Shown in pieces: positions 33,984 to 46,215 of a DNA stretch of 64,000 nt. The notes below the pieces were generated by a model. It saw only the letters and a list, made by a program, of their open reading frames with translations. It was not told the DNA's origin and did not search any database. The DNA comes from Saprolegnia diclina VS20 (taxonomy: Eukaryota), in the NCBI RefSeq assembly GCF_000281045.1, contig NW_008246077.1:900137-964136 (forward strand), written 5' to 3'. Numbering within the stretch: the stretch's first letter is position 1; every line of letters begins with the position of its first letter. Position numbers and translations under genes: made by a program.

Positions 33984-36900
33984 CTTGTCGGGCAATTAGT
34001 CGATTCGAGTATGTTGCGAAGTCGAGAAAATGCGTACTGACGCGTTCGGTGTTGGTCGGTCCGAAGAGATTCGTCCGTATGCCACGTCATGGCCGTTTTT
34101 GCAATATATTTTTAAAATATGATCTTATCGGTGACGTGGACGCACGTGCGAGCGCTGCGATATCCCACTGACGCCAAGCGGCGCAAAATTTCCGGTTCCT
34201 CATGATAGATGAAGGACGAGATACTGGATGGTACCCAGGAGTTGCTCCGCAGATTCAATCCACCGCTCGCCGTCAACTGCGCCTGCAGAGTGACAGTAGA
34301 CGGCAGGCTCAAATAGCATGGAGCTTTCTGATAAGCCGCTCGTGTTGGTGCCGAAACGAGGTGCCCTTCGTCGTGGGACAGAGTTCAGTACCTCGGCGGA
34401 ACAAGAGACGTCTTTTTGGCACCCGATCCAATTACTACGCTTCGCTCGGATGGTTCGCAGGAGACTTGGTGTCAGTGCATGGAGCCCGAGCATCGCAGCT
34501 GTCCGCACGGGGTTGCTCCCAATCTGCAGTAGGCCACGTGAGACCGAGACCCCAAAGTTTATAGCTACTCGCGCAATCTTGGCGTACGACAAGAGTCATT
34601 TGTTACATGCATATGCTAGAGATTCCATGCGTCTAGCCCCCTCCTGGATCCAAGTTTCGAAAGCCGTGCGTCCAAAATGGCCGGTGGCTCGTCTCCTGCG
34701 CGTCGCTCGCAACGATGCGGGAGAGCCACGCTCGCACGTGTCGGCCAAACAATGCGCGACGGAGACTCCGCGTTGATAATGGCCGGTCCGACCGACCTCC
34801 GGGCGACTGAAAACAAATATAAACAACTGGTGCCCACAAAGTCCTCGTCGTTGGGCCGGATATGATTGCGTTCCAGCGCACGACAAGTACACGGCACAAG
34901 CCAGTCGATAGCACCAAGGCCATAAATATCGAGGGTGTAGCACGAAATTCGCTTATACAAATTCGCGCTTGGTGGAACCCCTTCATGACGATGATTCAAG
35001 TCGCTGGGCAAACGAAAAAGCGGGGAGGCAAACGGATAATAAAATATAATAGAGAATAAAAATATGCTGCGATCCTGCACGAAAGGGCGTCGGCCGCGAT
35101 CGCGGCCGAAGGCTAGACCGCGACGTTGAGGCGACTGCTCGCGTCGTCCACGGGTGTGCGCTTCACCTTTTTCAGCGCTGGAGGTGTCGTCTTCTCGTCG
35201 GCTGCTGACCGCATGGCCGAAGCCACCTTGCGGACGGCATCGGTCCCAGTCGCCGTCGTTGGAAACACAGGTGGCTTCGCACGCGGCTTCGTCGCCTGTA
35301 GCGTAGGCGGCTTCATCATCGGTAGTGCATTCGGCTTCTTCGTTGCCAGCATCACCGACATCACCGAGGTACACCCCATGCAGAGCAGTGACAAGCAGGC
35401 ACCGTTGCGAACGATCTGCCACAGCGAGCACGACCCACCGCGCACGCCCTGACATGACGTGTGGACAAGTGTGGTTCCATCCACCATTGCTGCAAAGCGC
35501 TGGGCGTCTGTCCTTGGACCATAGTACGCTGCGATCCGGGTCTCCCATCGTGTGTCATCTCCTCGCCAAGGAAGACAACCATGGGAATGACCTCGCGTCA
35601 CTGTTTTAATCAAAATTATGTTTTAAACCCATCTGGTTGCAGTTTTCATTTCGATGGGCGAAAATTTCGCGCCACGCCATGGCCTTGATAGAAGCAAGGA
35701 TACCGACCGGTGCTCTCCAGAAGACCAACGTCTCGCTGGCTTTTCCAGCGTAGCTGCTGCTGCGTTGTCAACTGCAGGCGAACGTGTTTACAAGGCCATA
35801 CAAAAGTCTCCGAGCTGCAGGCGTACTAGAACGAAATTGGCGCGTCGAAGTCCAATTATACGCTTTTCTACGACGATTGGGTCCATGGGCTGCCCGTAAA
35901 TGTATTTCGCCCCCCGAGGCCAGTGCCGAGCCTAGGCTGCTTTGCGCACAGAGTCTGCGTCGACCAAGAGGCTGCTCGACGACGCTTTACACATGGCTGG
36001 ATCTCAACTTGGAGAAGGCGTTTGAGGAAGAGATCGTGAGCGTCGCCTCGGCGCTCAAGGACGCGCGCTGGGTCCGCTACCGATGCGATGCAGGCTGCCT
36101 TGGGCATGAGTCTTCTGTTGTGCAAACAAGAGATCGACACGGTGCTGCACCTCATTAAGCGAACCACCGAGCACGCAGCGGACGTCACGAGCTCCTGGTC
36201 TTGGCCAATGTCGAAGAAGACACCCTCGGCGTCGCCAAGAAACTTGTGCTCGGCGTGGAAGAGAGCACGAGTGCGACGGCGCGTGCTGCGGCAAGCAAAC
36301 GAAGCGGGTGCTTTGTGTACGCACTCCGAGTTGCCCTCCAGAGACAGCCCAAGTGCAGCGGCACGAGTCCTCTGATTGAGAACCTTCCGTTGGTCACGGC
36401 GGACGGTCTAAACTGTGACGTTCATGGGTCGTCGCTCTTTGGTCTCACAGCCCGTCGTGACGGACTCGACGTTTCCCTGAGTCTCTTGGCACGTCTGGCG
36501 GGCCGGGGCGTCTCCACACTTTGGAGCTCGACGATCGCTCAGAAGGTTGTCGGCATGATTCAGATCGAGGCGTACGGAGTGGCCGCCCGTGCACCAAGGC
36601 GCTGGGCCATCGCCCCGAGCTTTTCAGCGTCCTCTCTCGGCGCAAACAACGAGATTTTGGAGAAACCTGGACACTGGTTGGCGTGTCACAAGCAATAAAT
36701 CCACCAAAATCCAGTGGCTATAAATAGCCACAAGAATGGGTGCCTCATTTATAACTCTGGATTTCTCAGGTTGAAGTTGACCCATCGTCGCCAGGCTCAG
36801 AAATCACCTGCCGCTTGGTATGGGTGGCGCAGCCAAGCTTAACTACTCATCCTCGCGCTTGATTTGTAGCAAGACTACTACGCATAAGCTCGTAGTAATA

Positions 36901-37049
36901 CGAGACGATATGTGGCTGCGCTTGCTTGGACGCGAGAGACAGTCAAAGTCCCAAGGCCAACTTCAAGTCGTGTTCGCTTCTGATTGGCTAACGTGTTGCC
37001 TTTGCTGCACCGATGACGACCGTCGAACACTTACGAATTTGCACTCAGC

Positions 37050-37676
37050 ATGGACGACTACAAGAACCACCCGCTGCGCCACACGATGCGCGTCGCTGGC
37101 GACAGCGAGACCGAGGAAGACCGGATGCTCCAGGGTCAGCTCTACTACGGCGGATGCCCCGTCCTCATGGCCAAGCGCGTTGCGGCGCGCAAGCTGTGGT
37201 CGCAGCTCAACAAGCTCGACGACGTGGACGCGACGGACCCCGCCCGCCTCGCGCTCTTGCGTGAGCTTCTTGGGTCCATGGGCCAGGACGTCGCGATCGA
37301 GTCGCCGTTCCGGTGCGACTACGGGAACAACATTTATCTCGGGTCCAACTGCTTTATCAACTACAACTGCACGATCCTCGACTGCAACAAGGTCACGTTC
37401 GGTGACAACGTGCTCGTTGCGCCCAACGTCTCGATCTACACGGCTACGCACCCGACCGACGCCAAGTTGCGCCACGACTGGGGCCCCGAATTGGCCTTTC
37501 CCATCACGATTGGCAACGACGTCTGGATCGGCGGCAACGCTGTCATTCTTCCGGGTGTCACCATCGGGGACGGCGCCGTCATTGGCGCGGGGGCCGTCGT
37601 CACTAAGGACGTGCCGCCGTATGTCGTCGTTGGCGGCACGCCGGCGCGGATCATCAAGCATCTCGACAAGCCGTAA
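37050..37676 (+). CDS. Maltose/sugar O-acetyltransferase (Maa/LacA-like, hexapeptide repeat), intronless
   Basis: [70 protein letters not shown]. Confidence 0.9.
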   Translation: MDDYKNHPLRHTMRVAGDSETEEDRMLQGQLYYGGCPVLMAKRVAARKLWSQLNKLDDVDATDPARLALLRELLGSMGQDVAIESPFRCDYGNNIYLGSNCFINYNCTILDCNKVTFGDNVLVAPNVSIYTATHPTDAKLRHDWGPELAFPITIGNDVWIGGNAVILPGVTIGDGAVIGAGAVVTKDVPPYVVVGGTPARIIKHLDKP

Positions 37677-37839
37677 TGACGACCGTCGGATCATTTGTAA
37701 CAACATGTGTTTCTGCATGAGGCGCACATGTGTCTTGTCCATTGCATGGAGCACGAGCCTTGAGCAAAGTATTCTACTGTCGTCAATTCCAGTCGGAAGA
37801 GGGACGAGTATAACACACTACTTTTGAGGGCGTATCAAA

Positions 37840-38170
37840 GGAGCTGCGCGAGCTGTCCGTGTACGTACAGGTGCAGCGAGGTAATCACGGGTTGGGACTT
37901 CGATCAGCGACCACCGTGTACTAGTATCCGCTAACCCCTAAACCAGAGGCGGTTGTGCGTGCTGGTAGGAGCAGCGCAAGAGAGGACTTGGTCGCAGGGC
38001 GCAGTCGCATTTCAAAACCCGCTGCCGCTCATTGCTGTTATGCTCCAGGGGCTCGCTAACGAGGTCGTTCATTGAGTATCTAGTCCGCGCGTCGTCGCAA
38101 TATGAGTCTACCGACCAGCAGGTCGTGGCCCAAATGCTATGACGTGGTCCTCCAATCCGGTGGTGGTTTT
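37840..38170 (+). ncRNA. Candidate telomerase RNA (structured intergenic ncRNA with telomere-like template)
   Basis: No ORF; TATAA at 37809; template-like CTAACCCCTAAACC at 37931-37944; nested helices 37840-44/38042-46, 37873-82/38017-25, 37886-94/37908-18 and 37949-58/37999-38008; TTTT at 38167-38170. Confidence 0.5.
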
Positions 38171-38251
38171 GGCTCCAACCATCGAGTATGTAGTAGCAAT
38201 GATGATTTGAGAGTTATGAGTTAAAAAAACAGGTCTGGTGTCGCGAGCGCT

Positions 38252-39868
38252 CTACTTTTTCCGGCCCTTGAATTTGTTGAAGGTCGCGCGGGCGCCCTTC
38301 TTGGCGGGAAAGTCCTTCTTCTTGCCGCCAAAGGCCTTGCCCATCGGCTTCTTCCCCGTCGGCTTCCCCGTCGGCTTGCCCGTCGGCTTGCCACTCGGTT
38401 TGCCACTCGACTTGTCAACCGGCGGCTTGCGGTCGTTGAACTTGCGCTTGCCGGCCATGGGCGCCTTCTTCTCGGCAACCTTGCGGTCCGAAAACATGTA
38501 CGCGTCCGGCTCTTCGCCGACGGCCTGGCGGTAGTACTCGGCGTCTTCGAGGTCCGAGACTTCTTCCGTGTTGGCGTACTGCTGCAGAAGGCGGCGCTTG
38601 GTGTGCACGTCGACGCCCTTCTTGTCGGCCTTGGCCTTCTTCTTCGCCTCCTTTGCGTCCGTCTTGGCCTGGACGTTGGCGGCCTGCTCTTCGCGGCGCT
38701 TGCGCTTGAGCGCGTTCTCCATGTCCTTGCGCGCCTTGATCTTGGCGGCTTCCTCCGGCGTCTTTTGCACTACAAAGCAATGAGGCACCAGGTGTGAAGT
38801 CGCAAGAACGTACCGAAGGCGTGGTACAAGATATCGCCGTCGCACACGCCCTTCTCGACCTTGACGAGCTTGAGCGTGAGGCGCGGGCCAACCTCGGCGA
38901 GGCGCACCGCGCTCTTCTCGCTCTTCGTGTTGCCCCGGCCGCGGAACTTGTCGGGCAGCACAATGTGCGCCGACTCGTCGTCGACCTCGCTATCGGACGT
39001 CATGCCTGTCTGCGCATTCCCGAAGACAAAGTCCGAGATATCTTCGACGTTGCCGAGGTTCGGGACCTTGGACTTGACGAGCGTCTTGACGCTCTTCGAG
39101 AGACCGAGCGGCGCGGCGCGGATGACATACTGACGGAACTCAACATGGCCCGTCTCCTTGTCGTAGTGGAAGAGCACGACGCGGCGACAGTCGGCGAGCG
39201 CAATTGTCTGGACGTCAATGGCCGGGAACATGTTTTGAAACGTCGCATTGAGAAGCTACACCGCATGCGCATGAGCGACGAGCTTGACAAGACGATGCGA
39301 TCTACCTTGACGTGGTCTTCGGCGCCGGTAAAGTTGTTGAGGACGACGAGCGGCGACGTCTTGAAGGCAAGCGACGCATCGACCGGGCGCTTCTGGATCG
39401 AGTGGATGTGCTTCATGAGCGAGTAGCCGACGACCTTGAACGAGAGCGTCGGGCCGCGCGGGAGGCGCACGAGCTTCATGTTCGTGCCGGCGTCTGTGTG
39501 GCTAAAAGCGAGGAAGTGCGAGACGCCGAGCGGCGCCGCCACGTGCACGAAATCTTGGATCGTGTTTTTGCTACGACGAGAGGATGGTGAGCCGATGACG
39601 CATGGGCGAAAGATGTAGCTACCGCTTCTCACGGAGCTTGTCGGCTGTGTACGGCAGCATGACCTGGCGCATGTCCTGGACGAGGTTGATGACACAGCCC
39701 GGTGCTTTGCCCATCTTGAAGACGAAGCTCTTGGGCGTGTTCTCGTAGTCTTCCGTGCCCGCATTGGCATGCGTACGGGTCTTCTTCTACACAGAGAGAG
39801 CATGCATGAGCCATAGCCCTCCGGTGGCAGCAGCGACGACGTACGCGACGGCCGGCCTTGCGTGGCAT
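38252..39868 (-). CDS. PPAN: Ssf1/Peter Pan Brix-domain ribosome biogenesis factor, multi-exon
   Basis: PKSFVFKMG, VMLPYTADKL, PLGVSHFL, LPRGPTLSFKV, PLVVLNNF, AVRLAEVGPRLTLKLVKVEKG; Lys-rich tail. Confidence 0.9.
38350..38414. repeat. 12-bp coding tandem repeat (KP[ST]G x~5)
   Basis: CCCGTCGGCTT(C/G)-type units encode GKPSGKPTGKPTGKPTGK on the minus strand. Confidence 0.7.
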
Positions 39869-40107
39869 CTTCCTCTAGCTGCGTTCGACTGGATAGGAGA
39901 TGAACAACAAGCTCGAAGCGCCAAGCGCGAGCTGTCCGGATACGCCCATTCGGTTGGTAATCATTGGGTGTCCATCCGGACACCGGGCACACTTGGTGTT
40001 TGTATCGACTTTAATATGGGTTGCTGCAGGTTATATATCATATCAGAGAGGTTTAATGCCAAAATAGTGTGTATTATTGGACAAAACGACCAGAAATAGA
40101 GTAATCG

Positions 40108-41752
40108 ATGCGAGGCGCAACCTGGCTTGCCGGCCTCGCCGTCGCGACGTGCTGCCACGTAGCGCTTGGCGTCGGCTACCACAGCCCGTGGGTCAATGCG
40201 ACTGTTAATGGAAACCCGGTCCGGCTCGAGCTCTCGACGCGCTTCCGAGGTGTGATCCTCTACGCCGACGTCGACGAGTCGGCGTACACGAGCGTGAGCC
40301 TGGGCTTTGACAACGTGACCGCGGGCGATGTTATCGCCAAGGTCGCCGACGCCCAGCTCTTTGAAAAGTGAGTGTTATCATCAAACGTCGCGAACCACGT
40401 AATGGACAGGCGATGGAACGTGTCGGGGCTGCTTGGCATCGGGCTCGTGTCGTCGCCGCAGCCCGGCTGGCCGTTCCCGGGCGACCTCGTTCTGCAGTAC
40501 AACGGCATGGATCCATCGACAGGCGCTGCGAATGCAACGCTTCGTCCTGCGGCGTCGCCAGGTGCGACCGAAGCGTCCTCTATACGTGGAGCTCACGCGA
40601 CCAGAGGACGACAAATGGACGTGGTCCGAGTCGATGAACGTCGTCCACGACTTTTACTACAAGCGCCGAACGTCCTTTACAGGTAGGAGAACTCTCGACA
40701 TGGAAGCGTGAGCCTCAACTCGGTGATCTTCGTGCAGTGCACAACGCGACGGTCTGCGGCGTGCCATTGATGCAGCCGTCGTCGTCGTACTGGGCGGCCC
40801 ACGTCGACTTTGAGGTGCCCTGCCTCGTCTTGCCCAAAGAGTTTTACACCTCGGTAAGATATCCTAGCACTTCATCGTCGTATCAATGTGCAATCATATT
40901 TGTAGCTCGTGACGTGGGCACCGCTCGAGTACAACGCGTCGGCCAATATCACGCAGCTGCGGCCGAACGTGTCCCTGCACGAGCTGCCGTCGCTCTCGTT
41001 TCAGGTCGGGTACGGTCTGCCGACGCTCACGCTGCCGCTCGCCGCTTTGGCGCTCAACGTCTCGACAGGCCAAACGCCCCAGTACGCGCTAGTCTACGTG
41101 GTTGGTCCCTCATTCTCGGTACGTAGATTGTGCCTGCAGCGGTCGACGAGCATTGTCAACCGCATTCTCGAGCACCAGATTGTCCTCGAAGAAGACGACA
41201 TTTTTGTACAGGCGCGACAGGTCTAGTAAATTCTCATGTTGATGTAGACCAAAGAGATTGGCGGCATTGCGTTCGTGCCCGACATGTACCAATCACCGAT
41301 GATCTTTGGCGCCATGGTGCTCCAGCATCTGCCGACGCTCTTGAGCGACACACAAAAGCAAGTAGGCTTTGTGCAAACGCCAGTGGTGACGCCGACGACG
41401 CAGCCAGTCTGTACCGTGCCTCTCGCCTGCAGTGGCCAACAGACGTACGATCAGTCGACCAACAAATGCAACGGTACTGCGACCAAAATGCGTTGGCAGC
41501 TTTAAACCGAATGCCTAGACCCCAACTGCGACCTTGTCTACTACCACGAGTTTGACGACGCCACAAAGACCTGCGTGCCGGTACAGCCTCTCTTCTTGCG
41601 GAACAAAGTTGGGACCAAACGAGTAGGTGGCGCAGTGGCAGTGGGTCGCAACGTGTTTGATTGCGAGTTTCATTGCACTGGAAGTCTACCTCGACCGCAG
41701 CCGTCAGCGTCTCGCCGAGAGGACGTTGCTCGACGCCGAGGGATCTTCGTGA
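40108..41752 (+). CDS. Secreted/membrane pepsin-fold (A1-like) protein lacking catalytic DTG motifs, multi-exon
   Basis: Signal peptide; NVSGLLGIG, AHVDFEVPCLVLP, LPSLSFQVG, PMIFGAMVL; Cys-rich module and C-terminal TM. Confidence 0.55.
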
Positions 41753-41846
41753 GCCAACCGTTGCAACTCGAGAAAATACAGTGCAGGGTGGTATGTTCAT
41801 TGATCGGGAGCTTTCATGTCGCATAGCGATAGACAAGCGGACGTCC

Positions 41847-44547
41847 TTATTGCTTGCCGAGCGAGAAGCCTGGTCGACCGATCGGGATGGACTTGACCTT
41901 GTTAACGTTGGACGTGTCGATCGCCTTGCCGGCCTTTTGCTCGTTGAGCTGCAGTTGCACGTGGATGCTCGAGCTCTGCTTGAGGAGTTCTCGGATCGCA
42001 ATCGTCGCATAGCTCGACGACTCTACACATATATGGGATCAACAAGATGGCCTCACAAACCACAGACGTACGGAGGATGAACTCGAGGCAGATGGCCTTG
42101 AACTTGCCGTTCGGGAGCGACGGCACCGTCGGGCGACTCAAGAGCACGTCGACTTCGGACGGCAGGAGCGGGATCGTCTCGTCGTCGTAGCGCTTGATCT
42201 CGTGGCGCACTTGTTGCGGCTTGCGCAAAATGTGGCGGTACGAGCCCGGGAGGTTGTACTCGGGCGACTGGTCTTTCCGAAGCGACTCGAAATTCACGCC
42301 ATCTTGCGTCGCGCAGCGGGTGTAGACCTACGCGAATGCGGTAAAGTCGGAAATTTGGCAACAATTCGCAGAAAACATACCTCGGCGACGGTGTTTTTGG
42401 GCAGGAGCGTCGAGTAGCCGTGCACGGGCAGCACCACGTCTTCGATCGCGTACTCGCCAATGTTGTCTTCGGTCACAAAGATAATGTCGCTCTCGACAAA
42501 GCGCCGCCGCTTCTTGGTCGGCTGCGTCTCCTCTTTTGCTTCGACTTCGGCTTCCGGGTCCAACTCGACGTCACCTCGCAGCACCATGTCACCAATGACA
42601 GGCGCCGTGTTCGAGTAGTGGCTCAAACGGTAGCTCGCGGCTTCGTTCCAGATGTAGCTCTGGTACGCGTGCGTATAAATCTAGCAACATCTGAGATACA
42701 AGACGCCAACCCACCACAGCCATACCATGCGAAGCTTGGTCGGGATGTTGCGGATCGCACGCTCGTACGCGTCGAGACCGTGGCGTGAGAACCCTTGGAG
42801 CACTGCGTTCTCCGCGACGAGGAAGGGAGGGAACATGCGCAAGGCAGCGTCCACGTCCTTGTACTGCTGGAAGTGCACACGCGCCTCGCGGATCTTGCTC
42901 GCATCGCCGTCCTTGGGCCCGAGGATGAGGTCCACGACGCCCTTGAAGTCTTTCCGCAGCATCGCGCGCCCGACCTACTCAAACCCATATTTCCATCCGC
43001 TCTTGACTCGAATATGGAGAAAACGCTACCGTATGGGACGGAATCGACTTGGTGCCAAAGCGCTGCAAGCCAAAGTAGTTGACGAAACCCATGGTGGTCC
43101 ACGCGTGGACGGCGGCCGCAATGTCGTCGTCCGAGACGTCATCAGGGATGTTGCGCAGCACGAGACCAAACTGGTTGCCGTAGAGGTCGCCGAGCGTGAG
43201 CGGGTCGTTCACGTAGCTAAAGTTGCCGACAAGGAACGCGTACATGTCGTAGTTTTTGCCGTAGCTCTTGTGCTACATCGACATATAAACTGAGCCATCT
43301 CGTGCACGATACGACGTACGTTGTTGATGCGCGCAATGGTCTCGCGCGGCACTCTGTACGCCGTGACCCACTGCGTCGTGAGGCCGCGCTTGTCCTTGGT
43401 GCCTGCGTACGTAAACACGCCGTCGTTCAAGTGCAAAATCTTGGCCATGTGCTGCATCGCCTCGACCGTCTCCTTGTTCTTCTTGTACATGATAAACTTG
43501 ACGTAGTCGGCTAGACAATATCTTCCATCAGACAAATATATCCAGCGAAACAAGGAATTTACGGCGGTTGTGCGGCCAGTTGGCGTCCGCTCGGTTGTTG
43601 CGGTGGTCCATGTCCTTGCGCTTCGCACCGTTCTTGTTGAACGGCCGGAGGCGGATGACGGTCGCCGCGTCATTGCCCGCCTCGGACGTCGTGTCGGCGA
43701 CCACGAGCTCCTTGCCGTACTCGCGAATGAGCCCGTGGAGCGCGGTCCGGTCGTCCTTCTTCTCGAGCGGCTGGAAGTGGTACACGAGCGCCGCCTTGGC
43801 CGTCGCATCGGTCGTCGCAATCACTTGGTGCAAGAACGCGTCGAGCGTCGTGGCTTCGGTCGCGTCGAGCGCGGTCGCGACCTCGGCGACAAAGAGCTTG
43901 GCTTGGCGCTTGGCCGCATACGACGCGCCGTTTTCGCGGTTTGCGACGAAGAGCTCGACGAGGCGCTTGGAGAGCACGTCAAAGATGCTCTCGAGGCCCG
44001 ACGACGCGCTCGGAAGGTCACTTGTCGTCTCGTGGTACCGGTGCTGCTTGGAGGCCGTCGACTTGGCAAACGACAAGCCGAGGTAGCGCTCCATCGCGTC
44101 AAACAAGAGCGTGTGCACGGTGCGGTTCTTCTTGCCTTGCGGCGGCAGCTCGAGCTCGGTCAGGCGCGCAATGTCGTTGCCATTCATGGCCACTTCGCGC
44201 ACGATAAAGTCCGAGAAGCGCTGCTTGACGATGCCATTGAAGCCCTTGAGGTCGTTGACAAACACCTTGATGCCGACCTCGGTCTCGTCGACGCTGCTCG
44301 CGACCGCGTCGTTGTAGCCTTCTTGGCGAAACCACGGAACGTCGCCGCGACCGCCACCGCGGCCTCCACCGCGGCCGCCACGGAAGCCACCGCCGCGGCC
44401 ACGACCACGACCACCGCGACCGCCGCCACGGCCTCCTCGAGAGTTGTTGTTGAAGTTGTTGTTGCTCATGCTATCGACCGAGGTACTCAGCGCGCGGACA
44501 AGACTGGGCAGGAGACGAGCAGGCTTGAGAACCGTTCGGGCGAGCAT
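41847..44547 (-). CDS. PUS7: TruD-family pseudouridine synthase PUS7, multi-exon
   Basis: GIVKQRFSDFIVRE, AGTKDKRGLTTQ (catalytic Asp), GNQFGLVLR, GFVNYFGLQRFG, HAYQSYIWN, LPGSYRHI, SSYATIAIRELLK. Alternative ATG at 44469. Confidence 0.92.
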
Positions 44548-44707
44548 GCACTCGGAGCCCAAATAGATCACACCAACCAATTGGTCGCGACCAATGGCAT
44601 CGCGGCGCGCTTTTGGTAGGGCCCCCCACTTTGCGCCTTATCGTGAGGGTCGTGTTTCTGACACGGGGGCCAAAAAAACGATGGAAAGATATTCGCCGAT
44701 TGGCAGC

Positions 44708-45947
44708 ATGGAGACCACAGGAAGCGAAGGGGGCCGGAAGAGGTCGCTCAAGCACAAGCAAACGTCCGAGAGCGGACCGCCGACGCCACCCGTGAACCCG
44801 ATGACGAAGGGCAAGGCCAAGGACGAGGCCGCGATGAAGGACCTCCTCGCGAGCAAAATTGCACGCCTCCAGGTCGGCGACGACGGCCTCGACGTCGACA
44901 TGAGTGGCATCTTCGCCGACAGCACGCTCGTCGAGAGGAGCGTCCAGGCGTGGCAAGACAGCTTGGAGAGCGGCGAGATCCTCCGCATGGAGACGACCGT
45001 CGGCCAGCTGCTCAGCCACCTCGCGGCGGTCCACAAGAAAGTCGGCGAGGTCCACGCCAAGTTTATCGTCTCGCGCGAGCAGCTCACATCGTCTCAAGAC
45101 GCGCTCCAAAAGGTCTCGTCGACCAAAGGCAAGCTCGAGCAGCTCTGCCGCGAGCTCCAGAAGCAGAACAAGACGATCATTTCCGAGTCGCGCAAGATGG
45201 CCGAGGACGAAGACGCGAAGCGCAAGCAGCTCTCGACGCAGTTTCAAAAGACGATTGAAGAAGTGAGCGTCAAGATGGAGCAGCAAGGCAAGGACTACGT
45301 CGCATCCCTCCACGAGAACGAGGCGCTGCAGACGAAGCTCAAGACGTTCCTCGCGCAGTATGAAGTGCGCGAAGAGCATTTCGCGCACCAGCTCCAGGCC
45401 AAAGACCTCACAGTGCAGCTCGCCGAAGCCAAGCTCAAGCATCAAGTCGAGCTCACGAACCGCGAAGCCGAAAAGGTCCGATCGTCCTTATGACTACGAT
45501 GCATGACACGCAATGCAGGTGCAGTTGACGCTCGAGAAGGCGCAGCAGATCGCCGCCCGCGAAGCCGCGCTCCAGGTACCATAGTAGAGATGGAAGAAGC
45601 ATTCTACAGCGCTGTAGGAACAACTGGGCGCGTACTCGGAGAAGTTTGACACGGTCCAAGACACGCTCTCGAAGAGCAACACGATGTTTGTGACGCTGCG
45701 CTCCGAAATGGACAAGATGTCCAAGCACATCAAGCGCCTCGAGAAGGAGAACGGGACGCTCAAGAAGAAGTGCGACGAGTACGACGCAGGGGCGATCGCG
45801 GCTCTCCAGGAGCGCGTCCGGTCGGCCGAGGACGCCAAGCGCCAAGCCGACAAGATCCAGAAGCTCGAAGGACTCTGTCGCATGCTCCAAGACGAACGCA
45901 AGCGTCTCAAGGAAGCGGCGTCGCTGGACACAGCCGTCGGGTCCTAA
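44708..45947 (+). CDS. Taxilin family coiled-coil protein, two introns
   Basis: KGKLEQLCRELQKQNK, QYEVREEHF, YSEKFDTVQDTLSKSNTMF..EMDKMSK..LEKEN, KLEGLCRMLQ. Start may be ATG 44681. Confidence 0.85.
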
Positions 45948-46215
45948 GCGCGAGACTCCACTGTCTTTGTTAATAGCAACGTTTGTGTGAATGCGACCCC
46001 ATGAATCAAAGACATAGCAGCGCTCCATCGTCTGGCGAAGCATTCAACGTCTCACCTCGCTTCCCGAGCGTCCAGCACCCGGGCTTTCGCAGGAGTACCG
46101 ACCCCACGTGGCAGCCGCCGTCGGAAATTTGAGCCGCCGGCCGTCGCCGGAGAGATCCCGCCGTCGGATTCGATCGAGGGTTCTTCCATCTCCAGCGTTC
46201 ACAACTCGACTTGCT

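Noticed and set aside
37955..37980. SRP RNA reading of GGTAGGAGCAGC
   Set aside because: It lacks the helix-8 5' CAGG/GNRA arrangement and an Alu-domain motif. Not excluded without an Rfam search, but a poorer fit than telomerase RNA.
38199..38205. ATGATGA box C motif (snoRNA)
   Set aside because: No matching box D with a terminal stem nearby; it lies in the 3' flank of Ssf1.
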